Origin: a virus | Lineage: Duplodnaviria > Caudoviricetes | DNA length: 64,000 bases | Virus record (IMG/VR): IMGVR_UViG_3300015050_000842 | Location: 9,894-73,893 of that record | Direction: 5' to 3' (one strand) | In this document: one piece after another, positions 19,645 to 29,666 of the stretch | Layout: each line of letters opens with the position of its first letter | How positions within the stretch are numbered: position 1 is the stretch's first letter | Notes under the pieces: model-generated | Seen by the model: only the letters and a program-made list of their open reading frames with translations | Database searches by the model: none | Told to the model about the DNA's origin: nothing | Made by a program: the position numbers and the translations under genes

Positions 19645-19674
19645 AAAAAGCCGTCACCCGAAGATGAACGGCTT
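19645..19674 (-). terminator. Intrinsic terminator
   Basis: AGCCGTTCATC-TTCG-GGTGACGGCT followed by TTTT on the minus strand. Confidence 0.8.
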
Positions 19675-19701
19675 TCCGACCTTAACACATTATGGAAGAG
19701 T

Positions 19702-20634
19702 TTAAGATAAAACCTTCTTTAGTTGTGTATATAACAATGACGCTTCTTGGTCATTAGCCATTACTAAGGTCGCTACCTGTTCGGCAATATCGCTATCCTT
19801 GTTTACAGAGAATAATGCCCTGCCTGTTTCTACCATTGTCAATGTACCTGTATGCCCTGAAATGATATTCATGTTCAACGCTTTGGTAATTACGTACTTG
19901 ATATTGGTTTTAGGGCTTACAAAGTTTGCTAAGAACGCATCAGGAAGTTGTCTTGCTTTTAAGATAACCTCTTTCTTGATGAAATCACCTCTCTTTTCAG
20001 GCTTGTCTACGTTAATACCAAATAACAATGCAATCGGTAACAACTCGTTAATACTTGCGTTACGTGCTGCGGATTCCGCTTCAAATGCTTTGTCGTTAAT
20101 CTCCGTAGCTTTAACTAAGGTTTCACCCTCTTTTATTAACCTGAATTTGTGGTTAGTTGGGAATAGTGGAGTTTTTTGGTCTTCGCATAAGTCCTGAATC
20201 AACAACGCCTGAATCTTGGCTTTCTCTGTTCCACGAACAAATAAGTTACCTTCCTCAAAGATAATGTCGTTACGTTGGTCACGAATCTGTGCATCCGTAG
20301 GTTCAGGATTTAACTGCTCGTCAACCCAAATAGAGGGATAACCGTACAAATATCTCCATCTACGCATTTCTCCATCATGTAATGCCACTCCCTCGTTAGG
20401 GCATAGGTAGTATGGAGGATAAAGACTGTCTACCCTGCTTCCTGTCTTGCTGTCGATAGGCTTTAGCTTCTCATACGTTTGTGTGAGTTGGAAATGATAA
20501 ACCTTTTGAGGGTCAATCTTAAATCCACTTGATTTTACTTGCGGTGCTTCTAATACCATAGTTTCTGAATCTTGTTCCGTTTCTTCTCTTTTTCTGCCGA
20601 AGTTCGGATTACCTTTTCTTTTTACTTCTTCCAT
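19702..20634 (-). CDS. Conserved virion-associated protein downstream of the major capsid gene
   Basis: ORF track 19702..20685; likely start ATG 20634 (MEEVKRKGNP), since the longer start lies inside a terminator hairpin. Confidence 0.6.
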   Translation of the reverse strand: MEEVKRKGNPNFGRKREETEQDSETMVLEAPQVKSSGFKIDPQKVYHFQLTQTYEKLKPIDSKTGSRVDSLYPPYYLCPNEGVALHDGEMRRWRYLYGYPSIWVDEQLNPEPTDAQIRDQRNDIIFEEGNLFVRGTEKAKIQALLIQDLCEDQKTPLFPTNHKFRLIKEGETLVKATEINDKAFEAESAARNASINELLPIALLFGINVDKPEKRGDFIKKEVILKARQLPDAFLANFVSPKTNIKYVITKALNMNIISGHTGTLTMVETGRALFSVNKDSDIAEQVATLVMANDQEASLLYTQLKKVLS

Positions 20635-20652
20635 AATGATTTGTTTGTTTAT

Positions 20653-20693
20653 AATAAAAACCCTCTGCCACCATAAAGATAGCAAAGGGTTTT
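20653..20693 (-). terminator. Intrinsic terminator after the major capsid gene
   Basis: AACCCTTTGCTATC...TGGTGGCAGAGGGTT stem followed by TTTATT. Confidence 0.7.
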
Positions 20694-20708
20694 CGGTTTA
20701 GTTTTGAC

Positions 20709-22067
20709 TTATTGTCCTTTCATAATCATGTACTGACTTGCTCCATACACCTTACTTCCGAAGTAACCGATAGTAGTGTAAACACTTTCTGCGGTTGTTG
20801 AAGTCGGAGTTGAAGCGAACAATCCTGTATTTGCAGTATGCCACTTCATTCCACCACCTGCGGGATTCTGATAAGTAACACAGAAACGTGGTACAGTAAC
20901 AGTCTGACCGTTAGCATCCATAGCTGATGTTTTCCCAACAGGAATCATTAGCATGAAGTTGTTGCGTAGTCCGTTACCTGATGAACCGTACATCTGTGAC
21001 TCGTCAAACAGTTGGTAGTTGGTCAGGTTGTACTTACGACCATAAACGCTTACTGATTGGAAGTTCAGGCTTAAATCAATTCCGTTGCGGTTTACACCGT
21101 TTTCGTAGATGATAGCACCGTTGTTCACAGTATTGAAGAAAGCGTTCTGCATATTGATATACGAAGTCTTATCAGCAAGAATATCATACTCCTTTGGTGC
21201 GCCTACTGCTGACAAAGCACGTTCTTGCGCTGCCAATGTAGTCTGAATACCCCAATTAGTAAATGTTCCGTTGATACCGTTTGCTTCAACCTGCTTAATA
21301 ACACCGTTTGAACCTGACTCGCTGTAACCTAAGTTATCAGTTTGAGTAGACTCCATAATCAGGTACTCTCTCTCCAAAAGTAAAGACATATCATCGTCAC
21401 GCTTCTGCTTGTAAGTGAAGTAGTGCTGACCATCAATAGCAAACTCGATTCTTTCTGCCAATGCAAGGTCAGTTAATGTACTGTCCTTTCTTAACTCGGT
21501 GTTGTAGTTTGAGTAACGGTCAATATTACGGATGATAGTTTCTGTTTTAGTAGAACCCTCGCCTAAGTACTTCTGTCCTCTGTTTAACAATTGGTCGCCC
21601 GCAAGTACAGATACGTTGTCTGCTGAATTTACAGGAGTTAATACAAATGTGTGAGCATAAGGAGTAGCCTTATTAGGCGCACTTACTCTACCCTCAACGC
21701 CTGTACGTGAGTTGTAAAATATAAGTCCTGCGGTTGGTAAAGACTCTGTTCCTGAAAGTGAGTAACTTCCTGTTCCAACAGTAATTGTAGCTGCTGCACC
21801 TGCCGAAACCGATACTGCACCTGCTGCTGATACAAAGCCCATGTAACGACCATGTGACTCATACCATCTTACTTCTTTGTTGTCTGACTTCTCAATGTTA
21901 CCTGCCAACTCGTTGACCATAACATAAGGTACATAATTGTATTTCTCAATGAACTTGCTCATTGCGATTACGTTCACAATATTAAGCCCTGATGTCAAGA
22001 GTCCTGCTCTCGATACGGAGGCTTCTGCATATTGGGCTGGCGTGGTATTTGGTTGTGTAATTGCCAT
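20709..22067 (-). CDS. Major capsid protein
   Basis: 452 aa after portal and scaffold and followed by a terminator; EVRWYE, LLLEREYLIM and GIDLSLNFQSV..YGRKYNL features resemble Bacteroidota podophage capsids. Confidence 0.8.
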   Translation of the reverse strand: MAITQPNTTPAQYAEASVSRAGLLTSGLNIVNVIAMSKFIEKYNYVPYVMVNELAGNIEKSDNKEVRWYESHGRYMGFVSAAGAVSVSAGAAATITVGTGSYSLSGTESLPTAGLIFYNSRTGVEGRVSAPNKATPYAHTFVLTPVNSADNVSVLAGDQLLNRGQKYLGEGSTKTETIIRNIDRYSNYNTELRKDSTLTDLALAERIEFAIDGQHYFTYKQKRDDDMSLLLEREYLIMESTQTDNLGYSESGSNGVIKQVEANGINGTFTNWGIQTTLAAQERALSAVGAPKEYDILADKTSYINMQNAFFNTVNNGAIIYENGVNRNGIDLSLNFQSVSVYGRKYNLTNYQLFDESQMYGSSGNGLRNNFMLMIPVGKTSAMDANGQTVTVPRFCVTYQNPAGGGMKWHTANTGLFASTPTSTTAESVYTTIGYFGSKVYGASQYMIMKGQ

Positions 22068-22099
22068 TAGTTTTTTAGTTTAAAATTTAGATATTTTTG

Positions 22100-23152
22100 T
22101 TAATAACCCCATACAGCCGTTGCAGGGTCTACTTTCTGAATATCAGGAGAAACACCGTTACGTGAAAGGTCGATATTCTTAATATTAGAAACGACTTCTT
22201 TCGTTGTGGCATTTTTGGTTTTTGTGGCAATAGAACTCGTAATCTTATCCAAGTTTTTGAACCAATAGACATCCTTCGCTATGTTCTTAACATTGGCATT
22301 ACCTTCTTTGTCAAACCATCCTCTTTCAGTTAGATAAGTAACGGCATCAAATGACTTCATTTCGTTTGTAAGTTCTGCTCTCTCACTATCAGGTATTGCG
22401 TATTTGACTTCCTCGCCATTTACTTTTAATGATAGTTCGGTTAGTTCAGGCATTACAGACTCCACATTGTCCTCCCATTGCTTTGTAATCTCGGCAATCT
22501 GTTCGGGTGTAAGTTCATTCTGTGCAGGTACTTGACCTTCTATTTTTGGTAACTGTATGTTCTTTTTTTGTTCCTCTAAGGAAATCCTGAAATCCCTTGC
22601 ATCTCTTGCAAGTAAAATCTCTCTTTCCTCAATCTTATTATTGTACTCTAACGCTTTCTCGTATTCTTCGGGATAAACGTCAGCATCAATCTCACTTAGG
22701 TCTTTCTTCTTACCGAAAGTGCCGTACTTTGACTTTAACTCCAACTCAATATCTTTGTCTGTCCATTTAGGGTTTGATTTTGCCAATCCCTCTTTTACCA
22801 CATCGTAGTCAGACAATACATTGTAGTCCTTTCTTTTCTCTGATAGAAAGTTATAAAGACTTTCCTCATCCCCTTTTTGAAACGCTTCAAACAATGCCTT
22901 TGCATCGTCACTCTCAAATTCAGGGTACTTCTCAATTATCTTCTCAACAACCCTTTCAGTAACCTCAACTTTCGGTTCTTCTGTTTGCGATTCTACTTGT
23001 GTTTCTACTTCTGCTACAACCTCTGTCGGTGTTTCGGCAATAGGTTCGGCAGTTTCAATCGGTGTTTCTACAACTTGTGTAGGCTCTTGTACCATCGTAT
23101 CTGAAACCTCGTCAGACCACACATGGTTATTATCATTAATATTTTCTTCCAT
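22100..23152 (-). CDS. Capsid scaffolding protein
   Basis: Very acidic Glu/Thr-rich N-terminus and coiled coils, between portal and capsid genes; ATG 23152. Confidence 0.7.
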   Translation of the reverse strand: MEENINDNNHVWSDEVSDTMVQEPTQVVETPIETAEPIAETPTEVVAEVETQVESQTEEPKVEVTERVVEKIIEKYPEFESDDAKALFEAFQKGDEESLYNFLSEKRKDYNVLSDYDVVKEGLAKSNPKWTDKDIELELKSKYGTFGKKKDLSEIDADVYPEEYEKALEYNNKIEEREILLARDARDFRISLEEQKKNIQLPKIEGQVPAQNELTPEQIAEITKQWEDNVESVMPELTELSLKVNGEEVKYAIPDSERAELTNEMKSFDAVTYLTERGWFDKEGNANVKNIAKDVYWFKNLDKITSSIATKTKNATTKEVVSNIKNIDLSRNGVSPDIQKVDPATAVWGY

Positions 23153-23157
23153 ATACA

Positions 23158-23165
23158 CAAAGGTA
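23158..23165 (-). promoter_or_regulatory. -7 promoter box (TACCTTTG)
   Basis: TAnnTTTG 5 nt upstream of ATG 23152. Confidence 0.55.
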
Positions 23166-23193
23166 TAGTGTTGTTTTTAATGTTTTTTTATCT

Positions 23194-25650
23194 CTATTGT
23201 GGCATCATTTCTTCCTGTGGTATCATGCCTTGTTCTTCCATAGCCATCTGCTCCTGCATCATCTGTTCCTGTTGCATGGCTTCTTGTTCTTCTTGCATGG
23301 CTACGTTTTGCATCTGTTGGTCTAATAAAGCCCCTGATAAAGCGTTTGTTTGATTAATACCCTCCAATGCCCATGCAGGGATTTGCTCTATACTACCGCC
23401 CTCTTTATTCAGTATAGACTTAATTACTTCTACTTTGGCTATTTGAGTGAACTTAATAGACTCACTTGATTTCAATGCCTCTATCTCGTCTAATCGTGCT
23501 TGTGCTTGTAGTTGCGATTTAAGCTGTTCCAATTTCATCTCACCGTTGGATTTTGCTTCCGCAGCAGCGACAGCAGCTTTAGTATTTTCTTGTGAATTAA
23601 CCAACGCTTCCTCCATCTTTGCCTTCCTGCGTTTCTTTTCTCTCGATGCTAAAAGGTAACTTGCATACTTAATGTTGGACTTGGCAATTAATCTTACGTC
23701 TATTGCATCTTGTAACGTGATAGTATCATTTGCTAAACATACCTGAATGTTCTGCTCCAACATCTGTGCTTCCTTATCGTCAATAACCGCTTCAATCTTT
23801 ACATCGAACTGTGCTTTCTCAAAGTCGTCTGTTGCCTCTACTCGGATATATTCAACTCTGTCGCTTCCTAATGCTTGTCTGTAACCATCGTAGTACGTGA
23901 TACCGTCTTTCTTTCCGTAAACTAATATATCCCACAATCTCATCTGAACAATCTTAGCCGTTCTCTTAAACATATTCAGGTAGGCGTTGTAGATGTAGTT
24001 GGATGCACTCTCACCAATTTGTCTTGCGTCTTGTAGGACTTGTTTACCTACCGCTTGATTGCTTAACTCACCCTCTGCTAAGTTGTTTGTACCTACAATT
24101 CGCATCAACTTGTCGTACTCTGCGTTCCAAACTCCCATTAACTGATTTAGTTTATCGCTAAACGGTACATTCTTTGGTTGGATTGGTGCTTGTCTTTGTC
24201 CCTCTCCGTCATCTTCTTTCCTTTTATAATACTGAATACCTGTTTGCTTGTAGATTCTGTAAATATCAAACGGAGATAGGTTTTTAAGGTCTTGCCCTAA
24301 TGTAATGTCGGACATTGTGGAAATATCAACCTCAAATCCATCGGGGGCTGCTGCTGCGATTATCTTTTGTTGCTGTAAAGCCACCAATTGCATAATCTTA
24401 ATACTCGGTATCATGGTTTCAATCATCGGCTTGTTCACCATGTTATGATTGTTATACATATACACCACGTATGGCAACTTAATCTCGGTCAGGTTTTCTT
24501 GTGGCTTAATCATGTTCTTAGCTAAACCCCACTCTAACACATAAGAAGTATCTACAATGTACCTACCGAAATACTCTACGTAATACGGTTTGCTTTTCTT
24601 GTACTTAACTCCTTCTTCTTCTTGTGAAAACCACTCTACCTTAGTTAGTTTCTCTGTTCCGAACCTGTCTTCCCAAACCTTATACTTTAGTCCGTACAAG
24701 GTCTTTAATGAACACTCAACAACCGTAACAGTAAACGAGTCGTAAGGTCTTGCTAAAGCAAACTCCCACATCGGATTCCAGTCCCAACTCCATTCATTCG
24801 CATTGCCGTTCACCCCTTTTTGGCTACGTGCCAACTCAAATAGCTTTTGCTCTGATATTTTATTAGGGTATTGTAGTCTAATATCCATAATACTCATTTG
24901 AGTACACCTACCCATATATTGAGCATCTTCTAAATCGTCACGATTCGCATAGCCACTAATAATGTTTTCAGGTTTTTCAAATGGAGTCTTAATGCGACCA
25001 TTCGGGTCTATGTACGGACATATCATGGATATACCGCAATTAATTAAGTCTGTAAGGATTCGGTCTTTAATTACGTCAGACCAACTGTTATCGTAGAAAA
25101 CAAGGTCAATGCCTTGTTCCATAATCACTTCTTCTCTTTCTTTGTAGTTGAATCCAAACTCAATGTCGATTTCTGCTTCGCTTTCAGGGTCATCCTCATT
25201 AAATTCTTCTAACTGTACTCCTGACTCTTGTTGGAGTTGCATGATTTGCTCTTTATTCTTTAACTTGAACAAGGCATCTGCTTTGGCTTTTTCTTTCTTG
25301 CTTTGTGAGAGTGGGTCTACTGCATTACATTGTATCTTTTCAATTCGTTGCAGGTATCTGTCCTTTAATCGGTTGATGAAAGGTATTGCTATCGGTAGTG
25401 GGTCGTATGCTAAATTAACAACAGACATTTCACCATCTAAGTCCAATATATCCTTGAACTCGGTCATATCCTGCATCCCGAAAGCATAGGAACGGTTGTA
25501 TTCAAACCTGCGCTTCCTATCTCCTGCACTTTCAGCCGAACCTACTCTCCATCTTTCGTATATCGAGGTTAAAAACCTTAATCCGTATGCTTCACTATTT
25601 TTATCTGTATCTGATGCAAGAGGATTTGGTAATGTAGAAGATACTGCCAT
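23194..25650 (-). CDS. Portal protein
   Basis: 818 aa between terminase and scaffold; long helical C-terminal barrel with an acidic Gln/Met-rich tail; size typical of crAss-like and related portals. Confidence 0.85.
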   Translation of the reverse strand: MAVSSTLPNPLASDTDKNSEAYGLRFLTSIYERWRVGSAESAGDRKRRFEYNRSYAFGMQDMTEFKDILDLDGEMSVVNLAYDPLPIAIPFINRLKDRYLQRIEKIQCNAVDPLSQSKKEKAKADALFKLKNKEQIMQLQQESGVQLEEFNEDDPESEAEIDIEFGFNYKEREEVIMEQGIDLVFYDNSWSDVIKDRILTDLINCGISMICPYIDPNGRIKTPFEKPENIISGYANRDDLEDAQYMGRCTQMSIMDIRLQYPNKISEQKLFELARSQKGVNGNANEWSWDWNPMWEFALARPYDSFTVTVVECSLKTLYGLKYKVWEDRFGTEKLTKVEWFSQEEEGVKYKKSKPYYVEYFGRYIVDTSYVLEWGLAKNMIKPQENLTEIKLPYVVYMYNNHNMVNKPMIETMIPSIKIMQLVALQQQKIIAAAAPDGFEVDISTMSDITLGQDLKNLSPFDIYRIYKQTGIQYYKRKEDDGEGQRQAPIQPKNVPFSDKLNQLMGVWNAEYDKLMRIVGTNNLAEGELSNQAVGKQVLQDARQIGESASNYIYNAYLNMFKRTAKIVQMRLWDILVYGKKDGITYYDGYRQALGSDRVEYIRVEATDDFEKAQFDVKIEAVIDDKEAQMLEQNIQVCLANDTITLQDAIDVRLIAKSNIKYASYLLASREKKRRKAKMEEALVNSQENTKAAVAAAEAKSNGEMKLEQLKSQLQAQARLDEIEALKSSESIKFTQIAKVEVIKSILNKEGGSIEQIPAWALEGINQTNALSGALLDQQMQNVAMQEEQEAMQQEQMMQEQMAMEEQGMIPQEEMMPQ

Positions 25651-25669
25651 AGTTCTTTATTTGTTCATA

Positions 25670-25677
25670 CAAAGTTA
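25670..25677 (-). promoter_or_regulatory. -7 promoter box (TAACTTTG) for portal
   Basis: TAnnTTTG 19 nt upstream of ATG 25650. Confidence 0.6.
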
Positions 25678-25703
25678 TAGTAATAAATACTACTTTTTTT
25701 AAC

Positions 25704-25711
25704 TATATTTG
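25704..25711 (+). promoter_or_regulatory. -7 promoter box (TATATTTG) for the HNH gene, back-to-back with the portal promoter
   Basis: TAnnTTTG directly before the structured leader. Confidence 0.6.
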
Positions 25712-25810
25712 CTTTGTAATAAATAGATGCCGACACATCTAATGTAAAATATTTTACCCATTTAGGGGGAGGCTGTCGGGCTGAACCCAAAATGGGTTTT
25801 TTATTTTAAT
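25712..25810 (+). ncRNA. Structured 5' leader, pseudoknot/attenuator-like (copy 1)
   Basis: CCGACA (25730-35) pairs with TGTCGG (25774-79); ACCCATTTAGGG (25756-67) pairs with CCCAAAATGGGT (25786-97); then a T-tract and ATG. Confidence 0.55.
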
Positions 25811-26512
25811 ATGGTAAAATTATGTAAGGAATGTGGTGAATTAAAACCACACGAATTATTCTATAAAAATCGTACAATGAGTGACGGTCTAACCTATGAC
25901 TGTAAATCATGTAGATTAATAACAAAGAGAAAAAAGATAGCTGAAAACACAAAAGAAGTAATAGATATTGACGGAGAAATTTGGAAAGACGTAGTTGGTT
26001 TTGAAGGTTTTTGCATGGTAAGTAATATTGGCAGAGTAAAGTCATTAGATAGGTATTATGACTCAAAACGTGGTTGCACAAGAAAGGTTAGTTCCCACCT
26101 ATATGGAATTAGAGTAGAAAAAGGATATGATAGGGTTGGTATATGTGATGAATTTGGGCAGAAATCTTATGCAGTACACAGATTAGTCGCAGAAGCGTTT
26201 ATACCAAATCCTGATAATAAACCACACGTAAATCATATAAATTCAATTAGAAATGATAATAGGGTTGAAAATTTGGAGTGGGTTAATCATAGTGAAAACG
26301 TAACTCACGGTCTTGTATCGAAGTCATCTAAAACATCTATTTATTCGGGAGTTAGCTTCATCTCAAAGGAGAAAAAATGGAAAGCGTCTATAACTATCAA
26401 TAAAAAACAGGTTTACTTAGGAATATTTGGTTCTGAAACTGATGCAGCGTTAGCATATAAACAGTCGTTTATTAAGAATGGATTGGTAAATAGATATGTT
26501 GTATTGATTTAA
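25811..26512 (+). CDS. NUMOD4-HNH homing endonuclease with N-terminal Cys motif and AP2-like C-terminus
   Basis: EIWKDVVGFEG..MVSNIGRVKS (NUMOD4); VHRLVAEAF..VNHINSIRNDNRVENLEWVNHSEN (HNH); YSGVSF...WKASITINKKQVYLGIF (AP2). Antisense to the packaging module. Confidence 0.9.
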   Translation: MVKLCKECGELKPHELFYKNRTMSDGLTYDCKSCRLITKRKKIAENTKEVIDIDGEIWKDVVGFEGFCMVSNIGRVKSLDRYYDSKRGCTRKVSSHLYGIRVEKGYDRVGICDEFGQKSYAVHRLVAEAFIPNPDNKPHVNHINSIRNDNRVENLEWVNHSENVTHGLVSKSSKTSIYSGVSFISKEKKWKASITINKKQVYLGIFGSETDAALAYKQSFIKNGLVNRYVVLI

Positions 26513-26519
26513 CAGTTTT

Positions 26520-28706
26520 TCAATAGTAAGTTTTGGACTTTCTTACCTGCATGAAATTCATAATCTTTGGCTCGACAACCTTTTTTCTAAAGTCTGATTT
26601 CAAACCCATTAACGAATAACCCCATGCCATTGCTGCATCGTAGTCATTTCTATCATTGATATTAAAGCCTAACATATCCTTCAATAACCGCAAAAACTTA
26701 ATCTTGTGCATATTATTTAACGCATACTCCACCATTTCTGTTAGGTGCTGTTCCCTTGCTTCTTTATCTTGTGGGGCGCAACCGTACACTTCTGAATTGT
26801 TTGCACGTTTGGTAGGAATTAAGTACCCGTGTAGCTTTGGTGCGGTTTCAGGACTTGCAAGACGATTGTTTTGGTGCATGGCGTGGTCTATCCAATCGGT
26901 AGGGGCACGTTCACCAAGCATTCTAACTCCGTAGTATTCTAATCCCCAATATACCTGATTGAAAAACTCTTGCTTGGTTTCAGGTCTGCCTAAGAACATA
27001 GCACATGGATAGTCTGAATTTTCAGGGTCTAAACTGTCGTACCTCTTATGAATAATACAACAAGCATCCGAACCCTTGTCTACTGTTTGTCGTGAGTTGG
27101 CAAAAGGGTCAAGCCCTGCGCTTCCAAAAGCTGTATTGTCGGGACATTTAATACTTCCTTGATAAACAGACTTGTTGTGGTTCTCAACAAATTCAAGTAT
27201 GTACCACATTCCCGAATTGCTGTCCTCGAAGTAAACCTCTCCGTTATCTCTTTTCTTAAATCTGCCTCGTCTGCCATTCTCTGTTAGTCCTGTTCCCTCT
27301 AACGAAGTTTCAATACGTTCTATCTGGTTGGTTAAGTCCTCTAAATTAAAGTGGCATAGGTTGTTTACGCCTCTAAATACCTCTATCCACTCGAAAGGAA
27401 ACTGTCTTATTTCCTCCGATAATAGTTCGGGGTCATTTGCTAATATGTTACGTTGTTCTTGCAGATAGTCCTTTGCACCTATTCGTGGATTAGGACACGC
27501 TTTCTTGCCTGTTGTTGGGTCACGAACTTCTTCTAAGTATGCTATTTGTTCGGGAGTTGGATTCTCAATGACAGAGTTCCCATACTTGTCAATATAACCG
27601 TAATATCCTCTATACCCCTCTAAGAAAAATCGTTTTAGACGTGACGGGGTTTGACCAATACTGCTTAGTTTTCCTTGCTGATTAGAGGATAGCCAAATCT
27701 TTTTAAAGTTGTCACCTCCTGCATCACCCTTGTTTACGCTACTAAATAGTGATACGTGACCAATTACTGATGCACCGACCACTAAAGTCTTGCTAATCTT
27801 TGAAAAACATAGCTGAACATCTGCCTCCTGCCATTTTGCTCCCTCGTCAATGGTTATTTTTCTTGCCCTACGACCATCGTATGCGTTCTCTGCCGTTGGC
27901 AACCAATTCACACGATTGTTCTTGCCCTTATCGTTTGATACTGTTCTGTTATTGGCAGATATTCTTGCTTTTGGTTTAGCGATATGAAACTCTGTTTCGG
28001 CTACCTTTGCTAATTCAGGAACAAGAAATTCGGGTAACTTCTCCAATCCGTTCTTAACCATCAAGTACATTTCCTTAGCATCCGTACCCGTCTTAGATAC
28101 AATACCCTGTAAGGTATTTTCCTCTATTATTGCGATTAAAAGGCTTATAGATGCCGACATTGACGACAAACCAACCCTTCGACCTTTTATTCCACAGTCA
28201 CCTAACGTGAAGTCGTCATCCTCACATAGCTTGTAGAATATAAAGTATTCAAGTGAAGTGTCTTTGTAGATAGGGTATATGCCCTCTTGGAGCATAAAAT
28301 ATTGATGGAAAAAATAACAATACTTATTGAAATAGGTCGGAACTCCGTTTATGAATACCCAATCTCCATTATGTAGCTTGTAAATTTCTTGAATGAACCA
28401 CTCCATTTGACCACGTTGCGGTGCTTGATGCCAAAGAGTGCCTAATTTTGGGTCGGTATTCCAATCCCATTGTTCGTATGTAGTATCTCTGTACCAAACT
28501 TGGTCGTGTTTCGGTAAGTGGTGTCCTCTGATTTTATGGAACGGAGGTATTGGTGGTGTTTCGTATAAAACGTGCTGAACGTATGATTTGATAGTATTCC
28601 CTATCTTCCACTTTTTTTCTTGTGTGACAGGTGGCACGTATTCTATGCCTAATGCTAATGCCTCTGCTCTTGCTCTTTTCTCTCTTTTCTTAGGGTTACC
28701 TGCCAT
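26520..28706 (-). CDS. terL: Terminase large subunit
   Basis: KGRRVGLS (Walker A region), ITIDEGAKW (Walker B), FSSVN coupling motif, AGLDPF nuclease motif and YDAAMA C-terminus. Confidence 0.9.
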   Translation of the reverse strand: MAGNPKKREKRARAEALALGIEYVPPVTQEKKWKIGNTIKSYVQHVLYETPPIPPFHKIRGHHLPKHDQVWYRDTTYEQWDWNTDPKLGTLWHQAPQRGQMEWFIQEIYKLHNGDWVFINGVPTYFNKYCYFFHQYFMLQEGIYPIYKDTSLEYFIFYKLCEDDDFTLGDCGIKGRRVGLSSMSASISLLIAIIEENTLQGIVSKTGTDAKEMYLMVKNGLEKLPEFLVPELAKVAETEFHIAKPKARISANNRTVSNDKGKNNRVNWLPTAENAYDGRRARKITIDEGAKWQEADVQLCFSKISKTLVVGASVIGHVSLFSSVNKGDAGGDNFKKIWLSSNQQGKLSSIGQTPSRLKRFFLEGYRGYYGYIDKYGNSVIENPTPEQIAYLEEVRDPTTGKKACPNPRIGAKDYLQEQRNILANDPELLSEEIRQFPFEWIEVFRGVNNLCHFNLEDLTNQIERIETSLEGTGLTENGRRGRFKKRDNGEVYFEDSNSGMWYILEFVENHNKSVYQGSIKCPDNTAFGSAGLDPFANSRQTVDKGSDACCIIHKRYDSLDPENSDYPCAMFLGRPETKQEFFNQVYWGLEYYGVRMLGERAPTDWIDHAMHQNNRLASPETAPKLHGYLIPTKRANNSEVYGCAPQDKEAREQHLTEMVEYALNNMHKIKFLRLLKDMLGFNINDRNDYDAAMAWGYSLMGLKSDFRKKVVEPKIMNFMQVRKSKTYY

Positions 28707-29058
28707 TCAATGTTCCCGATTCCTTTAGCTTCTTTGATACTTGTTCAAATATATTGGTGTCTGAAAAACCCTCCGTATGTTCTTCTTTCTCTTTTGATTT
28801 TGGCTTTGTCTTTTCTACCCTTGCTGATATGGTCTTACTCTTATTATCCTCACCCATCAAAGTTACGATTTTAACAAACATTTTATCGTCTGCCAATACC
28901 GCACCTGTTTCCCTTATTGCACCCAACTCCTTTGCTATCTGTTGCTTCATTAGTTGTAACTCATTCGTCAGGTCGTTTGAACCGAATAAAGCACCCTCTA
29001 AATACGTTACGTAGTCAGACTGCTCTTGTGTTAAACTGTCAAGGTTTGGTCTTTTCAT
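28696..29058 (-). CDS. Hypothetical protein, candidate terminase small subunit
   Basis: 120-aa helical protein directly upstream of and overlapping terL; the assignment is positional only. Confidence 0.4.
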   Translation of the reverse strand: MKRPNLDSLTQEQSDYVTYLEGALFGSNDLTNELQLMKQQIAKELGAIRETGAVLADDKMFVKIVTLMGEDNKSKTISARVEKTKPKSKEKEEHTEGFSDTNIFEQVSKKLKESGTLNGR

Positions 29059-29666
29059 ACTTGCTCAAATTTAGCTGCGATTTCGTTATGAAACAACTTG
29101 ATGTAATCTCTACCATTGTAATTCAGGTAGTATTGGTGGTCGTCATCCGTACATACTATATCTCCAACACTTATCTCCTTGTACTTTCTATTCTTTGGAA
29201 CGTGCAGTATTTTGATTTTTAATGTTTCCTTTTTCTTGTCTGCCGAAGTGAGGTATATTCCGCTATCGGTCTTGACTGCATCTGTGTAGACTTGTTCCCC
29301 TAAGTACATATCGTCTGCCATTTCGATTTCTTCCCCTACAATCTTAAAAAATACGTGGTAAGGAAATACTAAGGAATATTCTTGTTCGTCTATCTGAATG
29401 ACTTCTTCGGCTTCCTTTGCCATGTAATGAAAGAATAACCTATCACCTTTTTTATATCCTAAGTTTGGTTGGTCAAAGCATACTGTTCCGATTTGTGGAT
29501 GCACCTCTTTCATGTTGAAGTTTGTCATCCACTTAGTTGTTTCACCGCCATAATCTCCGTGTTCGGTGTGTTCCCACATATCGGGGCGTATTAATTCAAC
29601 ACCACCTACTTCAATGATTTTGTTGTGCCTATCGTCAAACTGTACTATGAGTCTATTGCTATACAT
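29055..29666 (-). CDS. GroES-like co-chaperonin (two tandem GroES-like units)
   Basis: KTDSGIYLT...KIKILHV...ISVGDIV...YNGRDYIKLFHNEIAA matches GroES; the N-terminal half has a similar PQIGTV...KKGDRLFF pattern. Confidence 0.7.
   Translation of the reverse strand: MYSNRLIVQFDDRHNKIIEVGGVELIRPDMWEHTEHGDYGGETTKWMTNFNMKEVHPQIGTVCFDQPNLGYKKGDRLFFHYMAKEAEEVIQIDEQEYSLVFPYHVFFKIVGEEIEMADDMYLGEQVYTDAVKTDSGIYLTSADKKKETLKIKILHVPKNRKYKEISVGDIVCTDDDHQYYLNYNGRDYIKLFHNEIAAKFEQV

Noticed and set aside
25811-26512. HNH plus upstream structured RNA as an IscB/omegaRNA (HEARO) RNA-guided nuclease
   Set aside because: The proteins are NUMOD4-HNH-AP2/NUMOD1 types with no RuvC segments or PLMP motif, and the leaders are only ~100 nt. 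RNA binding by these HNH proteins remains testable but unsupported.
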